Source: Entomortierella parvispora E1425 (lineage: Eukaryota; Fungi; Mortierellomycota). Taken from it: DNA of 64,000 nt. Positions 51,807-63,500 of the stretch are shown here, one piece after another. Position numbers and translations under genes: made by a program. The stretch lies in the NCBI GenBank assembly GCA_020891255.1, contig BQFW01000011.1, positions 1,116,001-1,180,000 on the forward strand. The letters run 5' to 3'. Numbering within the stretch: the first letter of the stretch is position 1; every line of letters begins with the position of its first letter. The notes under the pieces were generated by a model that saw only the letters and a program-made list of their open reading frames with translations, made no database searches and was not told the origin of the DNA.

Positions 51807-52314
51807 TTTATCTTTATTTCACTACAATAGCACTTGTAACAGAATAAAAGAAAGGGTTCATTCAAAGGACACAAAGCTACAATATGCATTACGTTACATA
51901 ACGAAGGAGAGTTTTTTTATGTAATGTTACAGAACGTGTAAGAAAATATCTATTGTAATGCGAAGAGACGCGAGCAAACAGTCTTTGCGAGAGAAGGCAC
52001 CGTCGTCCTTGTTGTTGCAGTTGTCCTCGTCCTGCTGGCACCATCCATTCGCCACTTGCTTCGACCGTTCTACTTCTTAGTTCGTGCTGCCGTGTCCATG
52101 ACGCCTCTCCACGGCCATCTTCGTTCGAATACCAAGCCAATGTTCCGGTCCAAGATGATATTGGCAATAATAATGATAATAAAAATAATAAAAATAATGG
52201 GAATAGTAGCGCCGCCTGTAAATTACGTCGCTGTCGTTCTCTTGGATTTCTCTTCTCGTAAAACTGAACAATTGACATCAACGACGTCAACAAACAGGAC
52301 GTCACCACGTCAAG

Positions 52315-53563
52315 TCAAGCTTTCAAGCGGAACATTTTGCTCAGGCCACTCTTCAGTCCCGATGCACCCGAGGCCACGCTAGATCCAGAGCCCGCAGTTG
52401 CCGATCCGCTTCCCAAGGTGTGCTTGAGGATCTTGCCGCGCTTGTATCCATCAATGTATTGGATCTGGTTACTGTTGAAGCAACCACGACGGCGGCGGCG
52501 GATAAACTCCACAGTGTCCAAGTTTGCCATGCCCAGCTCAATCATGGCAATAGCTACCAGGATGGGTGCACGGCCTAATCCCGCCACGCAGTGGACAGCG
52601 ATGGTAGGCGCAGCAGGAGCGTCGTCTTCCTCCTCACTGGCTGAAGGCGACCCACTGCGGCGACGAAGAATACGAGTATCAACCAATTGCAACCAGCTCT
52701 TGATAATATTCATGGGAGGCTATCAAGCAAAGAGAGTCAAACATGGTCAGTCATTGTTACGCCATTGCGTTAAAATGAAAGGTCCACTCTGACGCAGCCG
52801 GGAGCGATGGTTCCCCTTTCTAAGATCCTGAGAATCTGCGCCTCCGTAATCCAGCCAGTTGCTAGCTCTTTTTTTTTTTGAGTTTCCCGGCCATGCGTCA
52901 CTGACCCTATGAAAATCCAGTTTCTTTCTTTCTCCTGCATGCCACAGCCCGTTGTATCATGAACTGCTATTGTCCCGTGTCTCCTTTGTTGCCCAAAACA
53001 CACCCCGGAGGGCTGTGCATTTCTTCCTGTCCAGACTTTCACTGAGTGTTTGCAAAGAAACCTGTAAACATCCCAGGATACTCTCCCTTGTTTTTTTGGA
53101 GTGAGAGATATTTCCTTGCTCCCTTCCAAGTCCGTTTATCGGCGATTTCATTTTTTTTGGCTGGAAGAATATAACATACCACAGCGCCATCACGGAAGGG
53201 CCAATCATGAACAGTAATACCGGCGTTCTGGAGAGTCTCGGCACGGTAAGTGGGCTCGCAGCATCGAACAACGTCTGTGACATTGTTGCGCTTGAGCTCG
53301 GCGAGATAGAAGGGAAGAGTAGAATCCGTAGGGCAATCGAGGATAAGGAATCGAACGCCTTTGGTCATGGGAGGCTCGATCAGGGTCAGTTGACGGCCAA
53401 GGGGCACCAGACCGGGGCTACGAGGAGGCGTAGGCAGACGCTGAAGTCGAGCAGCGGTCGAAGGGTTGATGGCAACCGAGGAACCAGAGGACTCAGTAGA
53501 CACAGAACGAAACATGCTGACAGGCGTGTGCTGGGAAGCGTTATTGGCGGAGACGGTGCTCAT
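52315..53563 (-). CDS. PTP4A: PRL/PTP4A-type prenylated-family protein tyrosine phosphatase, 262 aa
   Basis: Exons 53563-53180, 52719-52315. RFLILDCPT, VVRCCEPTY, WPFRDGAV|PP, catalytic AVHCVAGLGRAP, IRRRRRGCFN..Q. Confidence 0.92.
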
Positions 53564-54860
53564 TTTTGTTGCTGTTTGTGGCGTAGTGGCAATGACGAGG
53601 GAAGAGATATCGGAGGTGCAAAAATCAGAGGTGAAAAATTGAGGATGGTAGTTTCAATGAGCTGTGGGGAGAGAGCCAGAGTCCACGGCCGGACAGAAGT
53701 AAAGGCATGCCCAGGACGATGAAGATTCATGGCAGACAAGGGGTAGAAGTGATGCAAGTTGAGAAGAAAAGGGCTTGGGTTAGACAGAGTGTTCTTCCTT
53801 TGTAGTTCTGATCAGGTCCACACATTACAGGTTGACAGCCGCTCAAATACTTGCCTGATGACAATATTATATAAAAAAAGAGCTCTTTGCTCAGTAGAAA
53901 GACAATGAGGAAGAAAATGGGGGGGGGGGGACAAGAAAGGGGCGAAGGGTGAAGTAATAAGGCGAAAAGTGTTTTAACTGATAAATGAAGGTTGGATGTA
54001 GCTCAAATTAGGGATCATCCAAGCACGATGTAGAGTAGAATTCGGTCAGGAAAGTGACGAGGAAGTGTGCAGAGTCTCCGGCAGCGGCTCGTCGGGAAGT
54101 GGAGAGGTGAAGTATATTGAAATTACTACTGGATGGATCGGATTTTTTCATTGGATTTCAAGGGAGGTCGCATATAATCGCACAGCGGCGCTGAGGGTGT
54201 GTCAAGATTGGATCTGTTCGGGACAAGGAAGTGCGCGAACAAAAACAGATTAGGATTTTTGCAACAGGGATGCAAAGCGGGGACGGAATGTGTGGTTGGT
54301 TGGGGAGTGGGGAAGAGAAAATGAAAAAGGTAAGGATTCGAAAGGGGAAGAAAGAAGAAAGGAGAGTGAAGGTAAGCAGTGGTGTCAGTCGGTCTCGTCC
54401 GGCGGGCAGAAGGGAAGGCGGGGAGAGGGGAAGCAGAGAGGGAGAGAGACCATTCAGAGGACAGCAGACACAGACCAATGAGAAAAATTTTAAACTTTTC
54501 TTCTGGTCCGCCGATTCAATCGGCGGGTGGCTTGGGTCAATGCACTTGATTTCTTGCAGGTGCTGCGTCTCTTGATTCTTTCGACTTTACCGCGCCTTCG
54601 ATATAGCGATATATTGATATCGAGCGTGCAGTGGTATGTGGGTAACGTCGTGTCATGATGATAGCATCGGGTCAGGCCTAAAAAGTCTCCAATGTTATCT
54701 TCCTTCCTTACTACCTTCGTTTCCAAGTTATCGCAAGAACGAGCATCTTGCGATATCATAATGCCTACAATTTTCTAGAGAAAATTCGCCTTTTTTTTAT
54801 TTATTTATTTGGGAATATGAACAAGCGACTGGGAGGCAGTTTGGATTAAAGTGGAAAAGT

Positions 54861-56916
54861 TTAGGCCTTAGACTGAAGAGCCTTGAGCTTGGCCTCCAAA
54901 CGGGCGCCCCATTCCTTGTCAGCACGCTTGATGTGTCCGACCTGGCGCTCCTGGAGGAAGGTTTTGGCGTTCTTCAAGTGACCAGCCATGTTGTCAATGA
55001 GGTCCGACTTCTCCTCGGCACTCATCAAGCGGTACAAGTTACCAGGTTGGACAAAGTCCTCGTCCGACAACTGGATGATGTGACGAGCAGCAATGGCGTT
55101 CAACTCGAAAGAAGAGTAAGTGTTGGCGACAGCAGTTTGCTTGGCACCTCCGAACGAGTTAGGCTCGTAGTTGGGGGCAGATCCACCGTTGCCATTGATG
55201 GACATGGCACCATCGCGCTGCTGGTTGGCAATGCGGGCATTGTAGGCAACATTGACAGGGATCTGCTGGTAGTTAGTGCCGAGGCGGTGGCGGTGGGTAT
55301 CAGGGTAGGAGAAGAGACGTCCCTGCAACATGCGATCGGTTGAAGCCTCAATACCGGGAACCATGTGCGAAGGAGAGAAAGCAGCCTGCTCGACCTCAGC
55401 AAAGTAGTTGTCAGGGTTGCGGTTAAGGACCATCTTTCCGACGGGGATCAAGGGGTAGTCCTTCTGGGACCAGACCTTGGTGACATCGAAGGGATTCCAG
55501 CGGTAGGTGGCAGCATCCTTGGGGTTCATGACCTGGACATGGACAGACCAGGAGGGGAAATCACCCTTGGCAATGGCGTTGAAGAGATCGGCGGTGGCGT
55601 AGTCGGGGTTGGACGAGGCGAGCTTGGCGGCCTCGGCAGCCTTGAAGTTCTTGATGCCCTGGTCGCACTTGAAGTGCCACTTGACAAAGTGAGACTCACC
55701 AGCCTCGTTAACGAGCTTCAAGGTGTGGGAGGAGAAACCGTGCATGTGACGGTAACCATCAGGGGTACCACGGTTAGAGAAGAGGATCGCGACCTGGTGC
55801 AGGGTCTCGGGGACAAGGGAGATGAAGTCCCAGAAAGCATCAGGATCACCGCAGTTGGTTTGGGGGTTACGCTTCTGGGTGTGGATGAAGTCGGGGAACT
55901 TGATGGGGTCACGGCTATTGAGAGACAACGAAGACACTTTGTTAATGACCTTCACGCGTCGTATTGTTGGATGAAATGCAGCAGCCATCGAAGCTGACTC
56001 GCCATGGAGATCAAGCTTTGTACTCTCCGGGACTGGCGAACCATCAAGGATCCCGGTGTCACATGTGATTTGTAGAGCACATTTCTATCCTTTCCGTGCC
56101 GTTTTCAACCTTGCTTTGCTGAATTGTCCCGACTGTTTCGTTCAATCCAAGCGCTTCACTGCAAATCCTGCATTTGGGGGACAGGGGTACTTACATGAAG
56201 AAGACAGGGGTGTTGTTTCCGACCATGTCCCAGTTACCCTCCTCAGTGTAGAACTTGACGGCAAAACCACGAGGATCACGGGCGGTATCAGCAGAACCCT
56301 TCTCACCTCCGACGGTGGAGAAACGAGTGAACAAGGGAGTGCGCTTGCCAACGCGGTTCAAGAACTTAGCCTTGGTGTACTTGGAGATGTCGTGAGTGAC
56401 CTCAAAGTATCCGTGAGCTCCAGCACCCTTGGCATGGACAACACGCTCGGGGATACGCTCACGGTCAAAGTGGGACAACTTGTCAATGAGGGCAAAGTCT
56501 TGGAGGAGGCTAATAGATGAACAAGGACGAGTAGTGGGTTGAGTCGTTGTTTGTATACAGGCACTCCCTTGGATCGGATTCCGGAAGAATAAAGAAGAAA
56601 CTCGCTAAAGCGACAGGATGTGAACATCCTCAAAATCCACAGCCAGCCACTGCGCTTGTTGTATCTGGCACAAGGTTGACCAAGGCTCCTGGTTGCCATG
56701 TTCGGGCTGTCAACCAGGTAGGAAAGCTAGCAACAAAGAAACGAGCGGGCGGGCGAGCCTTTTTCGTTGTATTCGGTTGTCCGTGGGCACAAAGTCAGAT
56801 GGGCAGGTGTGAGAGCCATTAACAAGAACTTACATGGGACCATACTGACCAGCAGTGATGGAGTTCTGGTTATCCTCGACGGGGTTTCCGTTGGATGTGG
56901 TCAGAGTAGAGGCCAT
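54861..56916 (-). CDS. CTA1: Monofunctional small-subunit heme catalase, 483 aa
   Basis: Exons 56916-56834, 56509-56195, 55914-54861. [51 protein letters not shown]. Confidence 0.96.
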
Positions 56917-57366
56917 TGTCAATGTGAGGAGAGAGGAGTGCAGGAGATGTGATGAGAACGAACAAGAAGAAAGAGAGAAAAAAAGAAAGAAAAATAGAGA
57001 CGGAAAAGGGCGTCTCTTGGTTTGTCCGGACTACGAGGTGTCCGGAGACGAGGGGCCGATCAGTCGAATCAGCGCGCACACCCACACCCCACCTCGGATG
57101 TCTCCTACTCCTTTCTCTCTTTGTGCGAGCGAATCAGGCTCGGGTGCGTTCGCAACAGCAACACCTTTCGCTGCTTCCCCACTCCGGAGCAATAATAAGG
57201 CCAACTGAAGACACTATCGGAACCCAGTTTTTTTGCCCGCGCCAGCCGAACAAACGCCCATGGTTTGCATTGCACAGAACAACTGGCCGGAAAACCTAAG
57301 AACTCAAAAAACTGCATGTGACCGTAAAACCGAAGAGCGAAACATGTACGTGTACGTGCCAATCAT

Positions 57367-58926
57367 TTATTTCCCTGCTGCTTTCTTGTTTGATTTCTTG
57401 TGGGCACTTTTGTGCATCTTGTTGTTTTTCTTGCTTTGACGCTGAAGAGCCGCCTTGGAGGCACTCTTCCTCTTGTATCGCTGTTGCCGGGATGGAGGCT
57501 GCTGTTTCACTGTGAAGATGCGACCATTGTCAATATTCTGACCGTTGGTGTTTTGTGTGATGATTTGAATGCTAACAAGGTTCCGAGGACCAAGAACTAC
57601 CTTCTTTTGTTCCTGCTCATCCTGCTCGAATTGGACCATGGTTGTTGTCACTGAAACTGGGACCTGGTTGTTCCGCTTTGAAACCAAGGTACCCTCATCG
57701 TCATCTTGGCTTCTGCTGCGCTTAGCGCGGACATTCTTGATGTGCGTAGAGGCCACCTTCTTGTACTTATTATCATGTGAGTTGTAGGTCTTAGTGGTCT
57801 TGGAGTTGTCGTTCACATTGCTGATGCTCATAGAGTCTCCCCCGAACAAGAGCCCTCTGCGCATCAACGAAGGTTCAGGATTCTCAGCTCGTTTCTCATC
57901 ATTTGAGTGATACTGTTTTAACTTTGCGATGCGGTTTCCATGCGAGTTGTAGGTCTTGGTGTTTTTGGAGTTATCATTGATATTGCTGATGGTCATGGAG
58001 TCCCCGCCAAAGAGGAGGACTCTTCTTTCGACCTGGGGCTTTCCAAAATCTTCAACAGTGGCGCGCTTTTCAAAGTTGCCAGGCTGGTGACGATGGCCGC
58101 TCTCTCGGTATTGATACACCTTAGAGACTCGGGTGTTCTTGTTGCCATATGACTTGTACGTCTTTGTGGTCTTGGAATTGTCGTTGACATTGCTGATGGA
58201 TGTGCTCTGACCTCCCCAGAGAAGTCCTCTTCGGCCTAAGTTCAACTTGCTCGCTGCATTTTCGGTTTCTTGCTGCAAATAGTCACGACGTTCAAAGAAG
58301 TCTTCGGGCGCCATGTCATCGTCTTCTTTATGACCATCACGAGACGCCTTGTGAATCTGGGTGATAGATGTGTGGACGTTGCCATGTTGGTTTATGGCCT
58401 TTTTGTGCTGAGAGTTATCGTTGATGTTCTCGATGCTGGTACTGTCGCCTCCAAAGAGATCACCAAGCAGGCTACGGCGGTCAATGGTTTTCTTCTTGTT
58501 CACTTTGTTGATTTGAGTTTTTCGGTTGCCATGTTGGTTCATGGTCTGGGCGTGCTGCGAGTTGTCATTAACGTTCGAAATTGTGGTGCTATCTCCACCA
58601 AAGAGGTCTCCGAGCAGGCTTCGACGAGCTGGAGCTTGAGATATAGATTCGGTATCAACATCGGAATCGAAGCGCTTGTCCAAAAGGCCACCATCAACGA
58701 AGAGCCCATTGCGAGTCTCGGAATTGCCATTGTGATCAACTCGATAGGTTTTTTTCCCAACAGAGTTGTCCACCATGTTATTAACCGTGGTTTCATCACC
58801 GATCAGCGTACGACGGTCGACATCTACGTTGTTGCCATCGAGTTGGATTGGTGCGGCTTCCAGAGCTTGCAGTTGTGCCAGGGCGGCACTGGCAACGAGG
58901 AGCAGAGAAAGCGATTGAAACTTCAT
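57367..58926 (-). CDS. Secreted Kex2-processed repeat precursor (KEP-like) with six Asn-rich repeats, 519 aa, intronless
   Basis: Signal peptide MKFQSLSLLLVASAALAQLQALEA; 13 KR/RR sites; repeat xLLFGGDSxxISNVNDNSxxxxTxNxHGN; no Cys; Lys-rich C-terminus. Confidence 0.85.
   Translation of the reverse strand: MKFQSLSLLLVASAALAQLQALEAAPIQLDGNNVDVDRRTLIGDETTVNNMVDNSVGKKTYRVDHNGNSETRNGLFVDGGLLDKRFDSDVDTESISQAPARRSLLGDLFGGDSTTISNVNDNSQHAQTMNQHGNRKTQINKVNKKKTIDRRSLLGDLFGGDSTSIENINDNSQHKKAINQHGNVHTSITQIHKASRDGHKEDDDMAPEDFFERRDYLQQETENAASKLNLGRRGLLWGGQSTSISNVNDNSKTTKTYKSYGNKNTRVSKVYQYRESGHRHQPGNFEKRATVEDFGKPQVERRVLLFGGDSMTISNINDNSKNTKTYNSHGNRIAKLKQYHSNDEKRAENPEPSLMRRGLLFGGDSMSISNVNDNSKTTKTYNSHDNKYKKVASTHIKNVRAKRSRSQDDDEGTLVSKRNNQVPVSVTTTMVQFEQDEQEQKKVVLGPRNLVSIQIITQNTNGQNIDNGRIFTVKQQPPSRQQRYKRKSASKAALQRQSKKNNKMHKSAHKKSNKKAAGK
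57718..58809 (-). repeat. Six coding repeat units starting at about 58809, 58620, 58473, 58227, 58020 and 57855
   Basis: Each unit starts immediately after RR and shares the GG(D/Q)S(T/M)(T/S)I(S/E)N(V/I)NDNS core; unit 0 is a diverged version (TLIGDETTVNNMVDNS). Confidence 0.9.
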
Positions 58927-59050
58927 GGCTTGGAACTAGGTTGTTTTGAAGATCTTTGAAGGTTATAAGTTGGATCGGAAGATGAAGATGGAGCTGATGA
59001 TGCTTTGGTTGTTGTCCGGTTGTTGATCTGGTCTGGCATTTCAACGGTCT

Positions 59051-59058
59051 TATTTATA
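59051..59058 (-). promoter_or_regulatory. TATA box of the repeat-precursor gene
   Basis: TATAAATA on the minus strand about 125 nt upstream of ATG 58926. Confidence 0.6.
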
Positions 59059-60540
59059 CGCGGCCACCGATCGGGCAATGCATCCGGCAACCATTGCTCA
59101 ACAGCCTTTTCTCTTAGTACTGGTCGCTGGTTGAGCATCCACTCCAAACATCAGACCACAGAAACTCTCACACACACAAGCACGCGTAGGTCTATTTACT
59201 AACTGACCCCCACCGCCAAGAGAATTCTCGATACTGATGCTCATACAGAGGATCCTCGCGTGTTTTCTTGGCACGGAGGTCCCTGTTAAAGTGGGAGCGC
59301 GTTCATCTAGCCCTTTTGAGAGATAAAACGTTGTATTTCAAAGGAAAACAAAATGACCTCCTTGCTAGGAGATGCCAAGCCATTTATTTTATAGTTGAAG
59401 GAGCTATGTATACCGATGATGGCGTCAAACAAATGCATGGGGAAGGAAGCTTCCTGTGAAGTTTTCTTGGCAGGGATAGCGGACCCCGGGGAATGCTTGG
59501 CAGGCTACTCGAGCGTGGTAAACCGCAGATAGCTCCATGGTGCGAGATATGGTGTCACAGGTGGTGCAGTGGGATTCCACGTACGTTTTAACTTCTGCTG
59601 TGGTCGATCCCAAAGCGACGCGCGCTTTTCTTTTTTTTTTTTTTTTTTTTTTTTTCAATTTTCAGGGACGGTGCCCCCTTTTGTTCCCTCCCTGACACGC
59701 CTGCCTCTCCAGGAAAAGTTCCCTTTTTCCCTGTGATCAGCAATTTGAGCATAGTGGGATCGCACAATGGGACAAGAATCACTTGTCAAGCGTGAGTGGA
59801 GCATCCTTCTGTTATGTCCTTGTCTGTCCCCTGCTCTCCATAGGTTTAGTGTAGCTCGTGGGTTGTCTCCCCCCCCCCCCCCCTTTCTGCTGTCTGGTGC
59901 ATCCACACAGGATCGCGTCTCCCCTTTTGTGTCCCAAGCATTTAATCGTGCATGCGAGTGCATCACACCACAGCAGACCCTCCTCTATTTTACACCATAG
60001 CAACTATTCACAATCCGGGATGCACCACTTCAAGAGTGGAGGTCCCAAGAAACAGAAGAGGAAAGGAGAAGGGGGAGGGGAGTAGAGATTAAGGGAGAGA
60101 GGGAGGGGAGGCGACGACCAGGGAGTGAGAAAATGAAGAGCTGATTCAGCTCGCATCTCTTTCATTTACTCATTCATTAGGCCCCAAAGTGTCATTGCAT
60201 TCGTTCCTTGTCATCACTTGTTCCCTCTTTCTCCCGAGTTGTCAGCTCGTGGACTCGTCCAAGCCCCTTTTCATTATTCGTCCTCATAGAGCACGCGCCT
60301 ACCAATTATTGTCTTTCGTCATCTGAACACCTCTCTTGGATCATTCTTTCCTCGCTCTCGTTCTTTTCTTTCTTCGTCTCCCTGATACTCCCTCTTTTCC
60401 GCTCCATCTGCCGATCCGCGGTGACTAATTGACTGTAAAAGAATCAAGAGAAAGAGGGTATGGGTGGTTTTCTCTTTCTTACGATGACTTGTGCAACACT
60501 CTCATCTCATCGCAATTCCTGCATGCTTTAGGAATCAAAT

Positions 60541-63500
60541 ATGGATGCACAGCCAGCTTCGCCCACGATAGGCCTCTGGACTGAGGCCACTCCAAGGAAC
60601 GTCGTCGTTGAGCAGAATCCCGCCACGCCAAGCTCTAAGAACTCGAGGGCGACCCATTACTTTTCCTCAACGACATCCTCGCCATGCTCGTTCATTTCTG
60701 CCGTTTCTTCTATCGAGCGGGACGACGATGAAAGCTGGTTCGCGGCAAGAGACATGCATGAGTTGGTCTGCTACCGATCTTTGTCCTCACAGTCAGCTCC
60801 TTCAGATGTCAGGACATTGAGTGGGCAGCGAAGGATGGGGCAGCTTCTGCCTTGGTCAGGAACAGAGTCCTGTTCCTCGTCGGGATCAGGAGTGGGCTGC
60901 AAAATCGAGAGGGCTGGGGCAGGTCAATTTTGCGATTCTGCTGACCAGGGTCATTGCTCTGCCCATTCCCACACCTGCCTACAGCTGCCTCTAGAGAAGG
61001 ACGACCACGAGTTCAGCCCTGACCTCGATCCACCCAGTGGAGAGTTCCATGCAGATCGAGGACAAGAGCAGGAACGCGGCCAAGATCAACATCCAACTGT
61101 GCTACAAAAAGGGAAAGGAAAGGCACATTCACCGAAAGAAAGTGACTATTGTTGTTTGGATCATGTCCATTCTTGTGCAGTCCATGGTCATGTTCAAAGC
61201 CATCGGGTCCTGCTGCCCGAGTCGGATGATAGTCATAGTTGTTCACCCCTTCTCAAAAATCACGGCAACCCTTTTCTTCCAAGACGATTGCCTCACCTGC
61301 CACCGGAGCGAAAACAAGAAGGGCACGAGCGCCGAGAAGAACACAGAGACGAGAGACAGCGGGAAATGACAGCCTTCGATGCCCCTATTGATCCAATTTC
61401 TCTCCCTGTTGTCTCTCGCCCTCTGCCCTTTCAAAGAAGTGCCGTCAACGAGAATGGCCTCAGAGACAAAAATAGCCGTTCCCCGATCGTTCTCAAAGAT
61501 CCTCTGGACTTTCCCCCTCTCACTCGAGGGAGGTGCCGTTCCCTTTCAACGACTGCGGCCTCTCTCAACATGGCAGAACCGCAGTTGCTCTCAATGCCTG
61601 CTTTGTCACCATTGTCACCTTGTAGCAACTGTACCTGTCCAAATTCTTTGGACTGTGCTACTGCACCTGTTATCGCAGGAGCAGCAGCTGATCACCCTCG
61701 AAGTAGCTTCTACAGCGGTATAAGCCCCGTGCAAGAGTCGGGCCCTGATCTCCGCCCTGTCAGCAGTGGCAGCAACAGCAATAGTCATGATAATCAAGTT
61801 GTCGACAGCAGCATGGCGTCGTCTTCGCATTTGTCGCCCTTGATGTCGCAAGAGGCAAGGGCAGTACCAACGCCCCCTCTTTCTCCCTCTCCTCCTTCTT
61901 CATCCCTCTCTAATCTGTCATCCCGGATCTCGGGTTTGTCGTCTCCTCCTCTACCCCCTCCGCCGCCTCCTTCATCCACTCTTTCCTCAGCATCGTCCGT
62001 TGTTGCGGTGCCACAGCCAAGTCTGAATCTTCCTCTTGGTTTTGAGGCCATGCAAGACCGCCAGTTTTTTCACCATCTTGCTCTTCAACAACACTGCTCT
62101 TCAGCGACGGTATCACAGTCTTCCGCAACGCAGATCTCTCCTAACTCAACCGACTCTTCAAACGAGATGGTTTCATCGACCTTGTCCTCGCCATCATCAA
62201 CATCCTCCTCAAGATATCATTCCCCATCGTCCTCTGTCGTCTGGGGATCCCCGCAACGGCCTTCAAAGTCACCTCTTCGGCTACCCTATCAAGTCACAAC
62301 GCCCTTCTCTGATCTCCACAACCTCAAGAAGGACAAGGGGGTCTATAGGGCTTATCATCAACAAAGCAGCAGTATCACCAACGGACTTTTGAAACCAAGG
62401 CTTTCATTCGATGCTCTGCCTCGCGAGGTTCGGATACATGTTTTTCGTTACTTGTCCACCTTTCAACTCATCCGCGTCTCAAGAGTAAGTAGCCTTTTTT
62501 TCTCCTTTGGATCGAACTGATTGTGAACGCTATGTATATAATTCATTGACACATCTCAACTTTACTCTTTTGCTGGCCCTCTTAGGTCAGTCGAGCTTGG
62601 CGCGGCGTGGCCATGGATGGATCTCTATGGAAGGTGATCGATACCACACGGTACTACAAGACTATTCAAGACAAGCAACTCCGAATTCTTGGGACAGCTG
62701 CCTCAGGATTCTTGCGTTACGCCAATTTTCGGTAAGTTCCGTAAGCTGAAAGTGATTGCAGGCTTTTTTCTTCGTATTTATCCGCGATGGTATCTACCAA
62801 CAACCAACACTACAACATTAACATCGTCCCATTTTCAACATAATAGTGGTTGCGTGCAGCTCTCTGCGGACTCGCTTCGTGCTATTGCTGAGCATTGTCC
62901 CAACGTCGAGCATTTGGATTTGACTGGCTGTCATTCCGTGTCCTCCAAATCAATCGCCGATGTTTGCATGAACATGTCCTCACTGACACATCTCGATCTG
63001 GCTGGGCTTCAATCCGTCAACAACTATACCCTCCAAGCCATGGCCGTCTACTGCCGATCGCTTCAAGTCTTGAATCTGGCCTGGTGCAAACAAATATCAG
63101 GCACTGGTCTCTCCAAACTGACCAGGAGCTGTCAAGAATTGCGAAAGTTGAACGTCTCGGGTTGTTCAGCACTGGAGGATCGATGGATGCCTGTCATGGG
63201 AATGAACCTGCCAAAGCTCCGAGAACTTTGCTTGAATGGTTGTGGCTCCTTGACTGACAGGGGATTAATTGGACTTTTGTCGGGTCTTTCTGTTGCATCA
63301 AGCAAGAAGCATAGGCGGTGGAGGATTACGAGAAGAATGGCTTCCTCAGTAAGGGTCTCCAGCCTTGGTCACTTGTTGATCAACCAGAGTTCATGCAACG
63401 AAGATGATGACCAGGACGACGCTGATGATGTCGATAGCGACGGAGACGACGGGGACAAGGATGCCGACGAGAGCGAAAATGACGGTGATCCTGAGACCAT

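Noticed and set aside
39981-58926. Idea that KEP, OPT, GST, OCD and O-FucT form a RiPP biosynthetic cluster
   Set aside because: No DUF3328/UstYa, tyrosinase or peptidase gene; housekeeping genes (PRL, catalase, PSD) intervene; cores are long and N-rich, unlike dikaritin cores.
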